A stretch of 63,266 nucleotides of DNA, counting the filler, from Lophium mytilinum (taxonomy: Eukaryota), in assembly GCA_010093605.1 (NCBI GenBank). It is 14 parts of 4 records of this genome, joined end to end, with 100 filler letters (N's around TTAATTAATTAA, not from the genome) between each part and the next. Parts side by side here need not be neighbours in the genome. Positions count along the whole stretch, not along the records: positions 17,454 to 29,730 come from MU004189.1; positions 29,831 to 30,943 come from MU004189.1; positions 31,044 to 35,049 come from MU004189.1; positions 35,150 to 37,435 come from MU004189.1; 10 more parts are not named here. The stretch is one strand, 5' to 3'. Of the stretch, positions 25,288 to 36,416 are shown piece by piece. How positions within the stretch are numbered: position 1 is the stretch's first letter; each line of letters starts with the position of its first letter. Position numbers and translations under genes: made by a program. The notes under the pieces were generated by a model. That model ran no database searches. It was not told the origin of the DNA and was given only the letters and a program-made list of their open reading frames with translations.

Positions 25288-28200
25288 ATAATAAACTCTT
25301 TCTCTATAACGCAACTCTCTAATAATATTCGCTACAGCGCCACTATTATAGAGCTAAAATTCTAGCGCCCGGGCAATAGAGATAGCACTATCCTAGACAA
25401 CGTTGCGGAACGCCGGCGAAGCCACCCTAGTAAACCTATCCCGCTAGCTAAATATAACTTTGCGCTATATCTATTCTACTATCTAATTAACTAAATGTAT
25501 TTACCCCTATTATAAGTGCTGCTTGCAGACTAGTATATTAGAAAACTCCTAGCCTTACTTACCGCCGGCGATATTTCCCTCTATAAGCTTTATACTAACT
25601 AGCTAGCTACTTTTACTAAGGAAGGCAAGGTATTACTTATAAGAGAGCTAATAGGCCCACCTAGTGTAGAAGCTAACGGCAGGGTTTATATTACCTATAG
25701 TAAGGTTATTCTTCTTAGTGCCTATAGTATATAGAGGGGCCTTACCTATAAGATACTTAAGCTAATACTAGTATAAATAAAGGTTATTATTACACCCTCT
25801 AAGATAGTTATAGACTATCTTCTAGAGCTAGAATTAGTTATATACTTAGATCTAAATTACGCTAAGAATATTACTATTATAGCGCCTCTACTAGGTAATA
25901 TCTAACTAGAGTATAAGGTATACCTAGCGGGCGGCGCGTAGAATTATAACCTACGCACAGCGGCTGGCATTAATATTAGCGGCAACAACGTTAGCCAGCC
26001 GCATAATAGAGACGAGGGCCCTAAAGAAGCGGACGCTAAAGCTAAAGGCGTTAAAAGCTATAACCTCCCTAATAAAGTTAACCTAGCCGCTAATAGAAGC
26101 GCTAAAGAGAAGCTACCTCCCCCATTAGATAAAGTAGCTCTAGCTAAAGCGGAGAAACGCCGCCATAATAAATAATTTAAAGAAACGGGCTAAGTTCTAG
26201 ATAATGCGGGCAACCTAGATATATTTACTATGGAAATAGTAGAGAGAAGAGTAAAAGAGGCAGAGCTAGAAGCGCAGCTATTACTAACTCTATCCGGGCA
26301 GCCCCGATATAGGACGAACGCCTAGTAGGTAAAGCTCTAGGCGGTAGTTAATATACTGCTCGCACCCTTAATAATAGTGTCGCTTATACCCTTAATAATA
26401 GCGTCGCTCGCACCCTTAATAATAGCGTTACTTAAGACTAGAATTATCCCCTATACTCCCGCGCCTAGGCCGCCGCCGGAATTATTAGATATAATAGATG
26501 TAATAGGGGATTACGCAAAAGTATAGAAGCTTAATAGGGAGATAGATACTACTATTACGGCGCTTAAAGGCCGGGAAGAAGTTAATAGTAATAATAGCGC
26601 CGGCATAGTAAATATTACTAACTTAATTAACTTACCTAATAATATTATTCTAGAGTAAGGAAGCCGGTAGCGTATATATAAAAACGCGCCTACCCTAATT
26701 AGTAAAATAGTATATAGCACTAATAACGTCTTATACGCCTATAAATATAATAAATAATAGTAGAACGTAGTTTATAATAACTAGCAAGCTATAGTAGCTA
26801 CGGGCAAGTACGCCACGTTTACATATATAGTACTTAGAGAGGAGATAAAGATAAGAGATAAAGAGTACCTAAATACTCTAGACCGCAACACTTTTTCGGG
26901 AATATTAAAGCAGTAATTCTACTTTAAGTAGGACTAGAAGACTAAAGAGGAGAAAGGAAATAATATTAAACTTAGCGCGGTAATTAATAGAATTATTAAG
27001 TATAAGACTATTATTAACGCCTTTAATAGTAAATAGGCGCGCCTACTAGCTAAATAATATATTCTATTTTACTATTCTATCTAGGGCCTTAGATATAGCT
27101 ACTAGAAATATAAGGCCTAAACGGAAAGCTATAAGAACACTATTAAATCTCTTCGCGCAGAATTATATAAGATGCGCGTAGAGCTAGCAATAATAAAATA
27201 AGTGGCGAGAAAGACGTTCTTATCTATTATAGCTCTAGCGTAGACAACCCCCGCTAAAGCCTAGCCTATAGTAACGCAGCTAACCCCAGCGACGCTATTA
27301 TTAAAGCGAGCTGCAGTAATACTAGCGGGAACGGCGGCGTGTACTATCCACACTTAATCTAACTATAAGGAAGCCGCATAGTAATTAATAAAGACGTATA
27401 TAAGCCCTATCTAGAAGTAATTATTATAAACGCTATAGACGGCGGTAAACCTAGTAGTAATAGTAGATCTAAAGCTCTAATATAAGCTATAAATCTATAA
27501 TAAGTAGATATAGCTTCTATAAGATACTATAGGCACGCACGTAGGCTACTATAATATAGTGCATCTTAAGATAAGTTAGGCGGTGCAGGCGAGAGTAAAT
27601 AACCTCTATAGCTATAGGCGCGCTAGCAGTAACATAGCTATAGGCGCCGGTAGACTTAATATTATTACTATTAAGAACGCTATAGTAGATGCTATAGTTA
27701 GATTAATTACTAAGGTATACCTATATCTACTACTAGACTTCTTTTACTTTACTAAAGACTAATATACTACTACTTCTATATAAGGTATAGAGCTTATAGA
27801 CGCTAATACTATACTATAGACGCCGCTAAAGAGAAAAGGGAAGCCCCTACTAGTAATTCTTACAGCACTGGATAGATAGATTTATCTCTTACTAATAAAT
27901 AATAGCACCCGGTAAGCAAGTATACGCGCTGTAAAGGCAGTACCTATATCTATATTAGTAACTACTAAGATACCTATAGTATTCTTAGCGCTAATACCCT
28001 CTATACTATAAGCTAGCACGCTAACACTATTAAAGCCTGCTAAAGCTACTACGGCGCTAACGCCCTCTACACTATAAGCTAGCACGCTAACGCCGTTAAA
28101 ACCTACTAAAGCCACCGCGGCAACGCTACTAAAGATAATGCCGCCGGCTATAAGTATAAGAGGCACGGTAATGCTGCAACTAAAGTAAGATATGCCTACA

Positions 28201-28350
28201 CCCTTGCTAGCTAATATTAGACGCCGGTAGGCCCTTAAAGCTATAAATAAGAAGTGTAGAGCTATAGGCATCGCTAGTAATATTCTTAAGAAGCTAAAGC
28301 TAAGCTAATTGCCCCGGCTTAACCGCCTAGAGCTAGTTACTAAGGCTTAA
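25288..28350 (+). pseudogene. Extra ~1020-codon ORF3 of unknown function inside element B
   Basis: One + frame reads protein-like with RIP-type stops from about 25288 to TAA at 28348-28350. Contains a coiled-coil-like stretch (~27105-27200) and in-frame 24-bp x3 (26356-26427) and 66-bp x2 (27988-28119) repeats. Confidence 0.8.
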
Positions 28351-28477
28351 TTACTCTCTAATATATATATTCTTAATATACACATTCTATATATATACTT
28401 ATCTTAGTCTCTCTTTTTCTTCCCCTAGAAGCGGGTAGCATAGTTACTAAGATAGTAACTTCCTCTACGGGGGCTTC

Positions 28478-28663
28478 TATAAGGAATACAGCTATTAAGT
28501 ATATATACGTCTCTAGCGTGCACGTGCTAGCTAGCACGTGCGCACCCTATATAGTTTTATTATATAGAGCCTTATACTTAACACGCTTTATAATATAAAC
28601 TTATCTTTAATAACTTAATGCGCCTATACCCCGTGCCTATACTGCACGCTTACGTCCCTTACA
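28478..28663 (+). repeat. 3' LTR of element B
   Basis: 186-bp repeat of 17610-17795, followed by TSD GCTAG. Confidence 0.95.
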
Positions 28664-29730
28664 GCTAGATATAATTAGTAGGCGCCCTAATTTTACCTAA
28701 GAATACCTTATAGCCCTCTCTAAGTATAAAGATTCTAATATAGAGTATATTAAAGATTTAAAGAAGTTTCTTATAATAGGCCTTAAGCCTACTCTCTCTA
28801 AATAGCTATTAGAGGCTAAATTAAAATAATACTAGCTTTACTACTAAAGAATCTATCTATCTCTATATTAGAACTTTATAATTCTAAAAGAAGAACTATA
28901 CTATTACTTCTATAAACCTAATAGTAATCTAGATCTATATACTCTTAAGAATACTATACTATATATTATACCTTTCTATTATTAATAGGTCCTTAATAGG
29001 ACCTACTAGCTAGGCTACTTTATATACTATAGTATATAGAAGGCCCTATAAGTATATAGCTAGTAGCTAATAATAAGTTATAATACTAATAAATATACTT
29101 ATAAGTATACCTTATACTAGCTAGTATAGAAGGGAAAGATTATTTATAAACTAATATTTTATTAGGTTAAAGATTAAGATCTATTTAATAAATAGGGTAT
29201 TAATTTAATTAGTAGATTACTATAATTAATCTATAGGAATTACTAGATTATTACTACTATTAATTACGCTATAGGTTAGCCTAAAGCTGCAGCGCTTTTT
29301 AATACTTAAGCTAAAACTATAGTAATATTTATCTATAAAAGAATCTACTACTAGTATAGACCTCTAGTAGCGTTTACTTTTAATAATAGTTTAAACTTTT
29401 TTTCTAAAGTTATTATAGTACTATAAAAGCTTATTAAGACTTACTATAATATTATAATACTATATTACTCTTAGGCGAATAGTAAAATAGAGAGGCTTAA
29501 TAGAGTCTTAGAAAATATCCTTATAAAGCTAATAATTAATTAAGATATAGCTATATAGAATACCTAGTTACTAGCTATAGTATATATAATATATACCTAG
29601 AATACCTTCTATAGCTATACTCCCTACTACCTTATATATAGTAGACGTCCTTAAGTACCTAATAATACTTTAGTACTAGCTCTTAATAAGACTGCAGATA
29701 AAGAAGCTAAATTAGAGTATTATTTAGCCT
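28664..29730 (+). pseudogene. pol: Element C pol fragment (RNase H end to integrase core)
   Basis: (W)GI(D)LI(G)RL(P)...(D)YA(T)G(W)P(E)A at about 29190-29290; (SD)N(G)xNF ~29380; Y(HPQ)AN(G)KIERLN ~29465. Confidence 0.9.
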
Positions 29731-30722
29731 NNNNNNNNNNNNNNNNNNNNNNNNNNNNNNNNNNNNNNNNNNNNTTAATTAATTAANNNNNNNNNNNNNN
29801 NNNNNNNNNNNNNNNNNNNNNNNNNNNNNNAATTATAATTAGAATACTTAATATATTCTTAGATAGACTCTTACTATATTACTACTAAGACCTATTATTT
29901 AAGAGTTAGGCTATAGTATATAACTATCTATAAATAATAAAAAGTATATAACTATTCTACTACTAATATAAGCTCTAGCAGTAGTCTCTTATATCTATAT
30001 TATAGGATAGCCTCTAGTATTATAGCTATAACGCCACCGCCTCTATAGCTTCTTCTTTCTATTTACTTCTTCTATATCTCTTATTTCCCTCTATATTAGT
30101 ATACTTTACTTCTTCTATCTATATTTTAGGTTACTACTTCTCTATTTATAGTCTCTCCTATTATACTTCTAACCTTAGAAGTTAGAATACTATTATTTTA
30201 TAACCTAGCCTATAGTATACTTATACGCTAGAAGGTAATAAAAATATATACTCTCTATCTAGCGGGGCAGTTATAGAACCTAAAATATACTTAAAGAAAT
30301 AGGCTAGAGTCTCTTTTAAAATATAAGAATATAGAGGGTATACTATAATAATTATAGATAATTTTATATAATTCTAGATAATCTTATATAGTACTATAAG
30401 AAGAATTAGAAATATTAAAGTAGAGGTAGCTTTATTTTTTCTTTCTCTACCGCGTTATTATATAGTAGATAGTTATCTATTACTAGTATATATAAGGGCT
30501 AGGTTATCTCTATAATACTAGATTAAAGTATATCTAGCACTAGTAATAGAGTATATATTCTATCCGCCCGCTTATTTTCTAAGAAAAGTAGGGCTAGAGA
30601 AGTAGTAGTTAGAATAGAGTTAAAAGCTAGTAGGAAATATAGATATATAGTTATATATAGTAGTTAGAAAGATTAAGAGCTATATATATAAAAGATTATA
30701 CTAGAACTAAGGCGCTATTATA

Positions 30723-30866
30723 TAGAGTAGAGTAAAAGGAATAGAGAAACTTAGTAGAAAAAAAATTCTATAGAGTAGAGTAAGAGGAATAGAGAAACCT
30801 AGTAGATAAAAAAGCTTATAAAGTAGAGTAGAAGAAATAGAGAAGCTTAGTAGATAATATAAGCTA
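30723..30866. repeat. 48-bp tandem repeat x3
   Basis: TA(G/A)AGTAGAGTA...AATAGAGAA(A/G)C(T/C)TAGTAGA units start at 30723, 30771 and 30819. Confidence 0.85.
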
Positions 30867-32789
30867 GTAATACTAGAGTATATTACCTTTATCTAATATA
30901 GCTCTATAGAACTATACTAGTCTAACTACTAACCTAGATATTANNNNNNNNNNNNNNNNNNNNNNNNNNNNNNNNNNNNNNNNNNNNTTAATTAATTAAN
31001 NNNNNNNNNNNNNNNNNNNNNNNNNNNNNNNNNNNNNNNNNNNTAATTTAAGTAGAATAATATTAGGTTTATAAGGCTAACTTTAAATATAGAACTATCT
31101 TTAGGGTTAATAAAGTAGGTATATATTAGTAAGAGGACTAAATATAGATTAGTAAATATATAATCTTCTTATATATAGTAGTAGTGTATATTTTAGGTCT
31201 TAGTAGTAGTAGAAGGTCTTTCTAATATCTATATTAATAAGTATAGATTAGAATATACTTAGTAGAATAGGTATTAAAGTATAGCTTATATATATAATTA
31301 GTGCTACGCTACTAGTAATATTAAGTATATTTATAGATATATTAACTTAGAGTCTATAGCTCTTATATAGCTATACTACTATACCTTCTTTACCTCTAGA
31401 GTATTTAAAGCTGCTCTTATTTAGAACTGCGGGTACTATAAGCTTCTTATACTAGTAAATAGTTAGTAGATATAAATAGAAAAGTAGTAGATAGACTTAT
31501 ATAGGCCTAATTCTTAATAAAAAAGCTCTTAGAGCCCTCTCTATAGGCCTTCTTTACTACCTCTAGTATAGTCTTTATCTCTAGCTTATTAGACTAGCCA
31601 CCCTTTATATTACCTAATTCTTAACTTAAAACTAGATATAGTAAATACTTATATATAGACTAGATAAGTGCGTTATATTTAACCTTAAAGTCTATAATAT
31701 CTTTCTAAGGGCGCTAGAAAAATATAGTAGCTTTCTTTAGATTATCTCTACTATATATAGTATATAGCGCTTTAAAGTAGTTTATATAGCTATTAATATA
31801 GATAGTAATAGTAAAATCTACTAGTTTATTTTAGTAGACTACTATCTACTCTATTATAGTAGCAGGGTTATAGTAACTTAGGCTATTAAGCTATTAGTAA
31901 TATAGTAAGAAAGAGTATAGTAAGGCTTATATATAAGAGTAAGATTAGAGTTAGATTTTACTTACTAGCCTACTTAGTTATTAGTAGAGGAGGTAAAGGT
32001 TTTTACTAGCTATAATATAACACGCGCCTACTAGGTAAAGTAGATTTATAGCCTTAGCTTAGGTAATAGATAACACTATATAGCCTAAGGAGTTAGATAG
32101 TTAAGATAGACTTTATACTATTATAAGAGAGTAATAATCTCTAATTATAATTAATTATATTAAGTATTAGAGGTAATAGAGTAGAAGCTATAGGTAATAC
32201 TAAACTCTATAAAGGGCGGTCTTCTAGCATTAGGGCTTAAAGGTAAAGAATAATATATACTACTTTAGAATTAGAGGAAGAATTTAGGTCTATTAAATAG
32301 GGTAGTAGGTCTACTAATAGAATACCTCTTAATATTATTAGAAATGTAGCCCCTAATATTAGCCACCCTAGGTATTACTTTAAATAGTTTATAGGGCGTA
32401 AATCTTAACTAGTATAACTAACTTATATATACCTGCGCGGTGTTTAAATAAGTAGTAGCCCTGCTTAATAAGAAGGGGTGTAATAGAATTAAAACGGGTA
32501 AGATAATATAAGTAGCAGGCTAACTCTAATTATAAAAGGAAGATATATATAATCTCTAATTATAATTAATAATCTATAAAAGAGAAGAGTTAAGCGCATA
32601 GATAGTAAGAAAAATTAAATTACTAGTAATTAACTTATATATTAATATTTTTAAAACCCTATTATACCTTATACTTAAATATAGATACTATTATAGAATA
32701 AACTACTATATTTAGAGGTCTAGACTAACTATATATACCGCCTACTATATAACTTAAGTATACTTAAAAGAAGCCTTCTACCCGCTATC

Positions 32790-33900
32790 CTCTATCTCTA
32801 TATTATCTACCTCTATCTCTACTTTAGTATTATCTATCTTACCTACCTCTATCTCTATATCCTCCTTCTCTATATTATCTATATTAGACTTAAATTCTAA
32901 CTTAAACGCTTTACTTATCTTTAAATTAGTTCTATAGTTAGTAAGTTCTATTATATATAAATTAACTAAGTGCTAAAAGTCCTCTAGATTAAAAGGCTTT
33001 AGTAGGTTATAGTCTAACTATTATTTATAGTTAATAATATATTATATATAAATATTACTTAAGAGGTTTTAAAGTATTATTAACTAGTTAGCTGCGTTTA
33101 GTTAGAGTAGGTCTAGACTAGTACACTTATCTATAAGGCTAGTAGATCCGCAATCTATATATATTATAGCAGAAGATAATAGTTATAGGCTAAAGTATTT
33201 ATTAGTATTTAGGTCTATATAGTAGACGCAACTATATATATAAAAGAATTTTAAAAGAGTAAAGGTTAGTATCTTACCTAGTAACGCGTATATATAAGTA
33301 TTATAGATAATAGAGTCTTAATAGTATTATCTAAATAGCTAGAAAAGGAATATTATATTAGTAGGTATTTATAGAAAAGGGGGTGCTTACTTACCTCTTT
33401 AAGTAAGCTAATACTTACTAACTTTTCTAGATAATTTATCTTAGTATTATATCTTATAGTATAGAGCTATAAGAGAATTATATTCTAACTATATATAGAT
33501 AGGTGCAGCTTTAATTAATAAAATACTTATTCTATTAGCTTAGTATTATTAGCTAGAACGTTATATAGCTTATAGGTATTAGTTTAATAGAGCTAAAATA
33601 TAGAGTATTATTACTAATATACTTAAAGTTATAGAGATAGAAAATATCCCCCTCTTTAGATATATATACTCTAGTAAAGGTAGAGAGTATCTTATAGTTC
33701 TAACCTAGTTTAGAGAGAGATTTATCCGCGTTTAACTAGACTAGAATAGGTAAGTATAGTTTAAGTATATTAAGGTCTACACCTTACACCTCTATCTTAT
33801 AGTATTAACCTACTAGAAAGTAGTTTATAACTTAACTATAGCCTAAAACCTCTAGTATAGATAATATACTTACTATAGGCGCTATTTAGGGTTAATTACT
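32790..33900 (-). pseudogene. Intron-containing gene relic with an acidic C-terminal tract, downstream of the transposase; boundaries approximate
   Basis: Minus-strand GTAAGT...CTAAT...TAG intron at 33394-33339; D/E/M/V-rich tract at about 32910-32790. Confidence 0.4.
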
Positions 33901-34204
33901 ATAAAGTATTAAAAAAAGAAAGTAATTAGGGGGTAGTAAGTTTAAGTAGCTAGTAAATTTAATTAGGCAGCTATTATTAGTAAAGGGAAATAGGTAAAGG
34001 TAGTAATATATAATTTTAAAAAGTAAAGTAAGGTAGCGCTAGCGGGGTATACTAGTATTACCTAGTTTTATAGAAATTATATAGGAAAGTATATAGTTAT
34101 TATCTTATATTAATTAGCCTTAGAGGTTAATAAAGCTAAATAATACTTAATTATCTCTTAATAGTAGGGAAAAATTAAGAATATCTTTCCTTATAGCCTT
34201 ATTT

Positions 34205-36416
34205 CTATCTACGCTATTACTTACTAGTGCTATAGCCCCTCTTTACTATACTGCTTCTTAGTATTTACCGGCTTAGTTGCGGGAGAAAGGTATTAGTAAG
34301 TACTCTTACTCTTGCGCGCTTTACTAAAAACTCCACTATATCTTTAACTCTTGGGGTAGCTTTAATCTCTTTAGCGCAACCGCTAAGCTAGTACTACCTT
34401 ATTATCTTTTACGCCTTTATCTTCTAGTCTTCTATATAGAGTATATTATATTAATTCTAGTTAATATAGTTATTAATAAAAAAATAGGTAGAATCTAGGC
34501 TAGAGGTAGCTAGTATAATATATACACTTTAGAGGACTTATAGTAGTAGATAGAATTAATATACTTCTAGCTTTTATTAGCAGCGGCTATTATTAAAAGC
34601 CTAAAAAGCTACCTTTACTAGGCTATAGATATAATATAGCTTCCCGTTATTAATTAGCGCTAGAAGGTAAATAAAAACTCTAGAGTATACTACCTATAGA
34701 GTATCTTTACCCTTTAGAATAGGGTCTATAATAGTTACTATAAATTATAGCTACCTTACTAACCTTCTATTAGTAATACTAACGCGCATTTTTCTATTTT
34801 TAGTATAGTTTAAGCTATACTCTTATACCTATAGATAGTTATATTACTATTCTTAGTTTTACTACTTAGAGTTATACTATAGATTTTCTTTTATAAGGCT
34901 TTCTAGGTCCTTACTAGTACCTAATTACTTCTAATATAAAATACTAGCGTAGAACTTAAGCTAGAGGTAGCTAACCTAGAATAGATTAGGGTTTAATATA
35001 TCTAGACTACTAGGCTTAGTATATTAGCCTTAGATCTTACGCCTCTCTTNNNNNNNNNNNNNNNNNNNNNNNNNNNNNNNNNNNNNNNNNNNNTTAATTA
35101 ATTAANNNNNNNNNNNNNNNNNNNNNNNNNNNNNNNNNNNNNNNNNNNNCCTAAGAATATAGCCTAAAGAGCTATAGTATAGCTAATACTTTAGGTAGTC
35201 TTCTTTATCCGCTATACTTAGTATAAAGCCTAGTAGTAGAGTACTAGATAATATATTTAAGCGCTGTATAGTTCTATCTAGGTTACTAATAGTTAGATAG
35301 ACTAGCTATATACTCTTATTACTATAATATTAGGTAAGCTATATCTTATCTATAGAGAGTAAGATAGGTATTACTATAGCCCCTGCTAGAAGCTTTAACT
35401 AAGTCTACTACTACTAGTTTAATATATATAACTTAGTATATACCTACTAGCCTTCTATATTATAGACTTAAACTAGTATAAATATAAGATAATTATAGAA
35501 AGGGCAGTATCTAATTAGAAATAATATAGCTACTATTATATTAAAGTAGTATACTAGATACTACTCTCTACTTAAGCTTTATTTTTTACTTAGAAAATAT
35601 AGCATCTCTACTATATAGTTAGTATTACTAACGCTATATCTAATTTCCTCTAGTTTACTATTCTATAAATTGCCTAATATAAATATAAGGGAGTTAGAGA
35701 ATATGCTCTTAAGGTAGATATTATTAAATAGTAGGTTAATATTATTCTTAGTATAGCTAATCTACTAAAGCTATAATATAAAAGTATAGTTAAATACTAA
35801 TTAAAATAGATAGAAGGGGGATTAGTCTCTATAATAGAGTAACTAGTTAGTAAGCTCTAATGCCGCCTTTATAGGCGGGGGGAATAGCGGTCCCTAATAA
35901 TACTTATATCTACTATCTAGCATTAGCCTATCTAATAGATGCCCCTGCAGGCATGCCTAATTTAGTAGAGAAATATACTTTCTCTTATAGTAATAATATA
36001 GATAATATTATTAGTTAGCCTTATTAGTGCGGAATATAGAATTTAGTAGCCTCTAGTAGGTTATTATATATTAAGCTTATAGGGCCTCTATTTATAAAAG
36101 GCGGACTCTAGTACTTTTTTAGTTTACTAGAGATATATAGCTCTATTCTATTTATCTTATACTCTATCTTATTATAGAAGTTAGCTAGTAGAGGTAGATT
36201 TACTAGTAGTAATCTAGGCGTTCTAAATAATATTTTATCTATTATCTAAATAACGCGGAGTATATAAAACTAGATTATAGATCTAATAGTTTTAGTATTA
36301 GTAAGTAGGACCCGCTATAGTATTTTAAGGAGCTTTTTATAGCATAGTATATATTTATTTAGGGCGCTAAGTATTTAGAATAACTTATAGTAGTGTCTAT
36401 ATTTAGTAGAAGGTAT
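34205..36416 (-). pseudogene. Plavaka-type transposase with N-terminal C2H2 zinc finger (middle lost in gap 35050-35149)
   Basis: RIP-reverted minus-strand reading: K(C)xH(C)xKxFxxLSALNK(H)xLx(H) at about 36400-36340; (R)VYT(E)Lxxx(DWWW)xT(Q)xKL(P)AGA(T)VIPILLSxDK(TQ)LT...(WP)VYLTI(G)NL at 35450-35279; LLLGFx(P); C-terminal FxNNYI(DWDQ)YN at about 34480-34445. Confidence 0.88.

Larger units (their letters stand above)
17610..28663 (+). mobile_element. Full-length Ty3/Gypsy chromodomain-bearing LTR retrotransposon B (11054 bp) with an extra 3' ORF
   Basis: 186-bp LTRs; TSD GCTAG at 17605-17609 and 28664-28668; gag, pol and a third long frame. Confidence 0.97.
16559..29730 (+). mobile_element. 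Ty3/Gypsy element C, partial, interrupted by element B and by gaps; ends not visible
   Basis: RNase H end RL(ARW)..F(QQ)Y...VV(P)|D.ISRRP(D) reads across the B insertion (17530-17609 joined to 28669 onward); integrase core follows. Confidence 0.8.

Noticed and set aside
26511..26720. ORF-track 69-aa hydrophobic minus-strand ORF
   Set aside because: Antisense to ORF3 of element B; apparent membrane-protein character reflects TA-rich codons.
27882..28271. ORF-track 129-aa minus-strand ORF with internal repeat
   Set aside because: Antisense reading of the 66-bp repeat region of ORF3; the + frame extends about 3 kb and is the better explanation.
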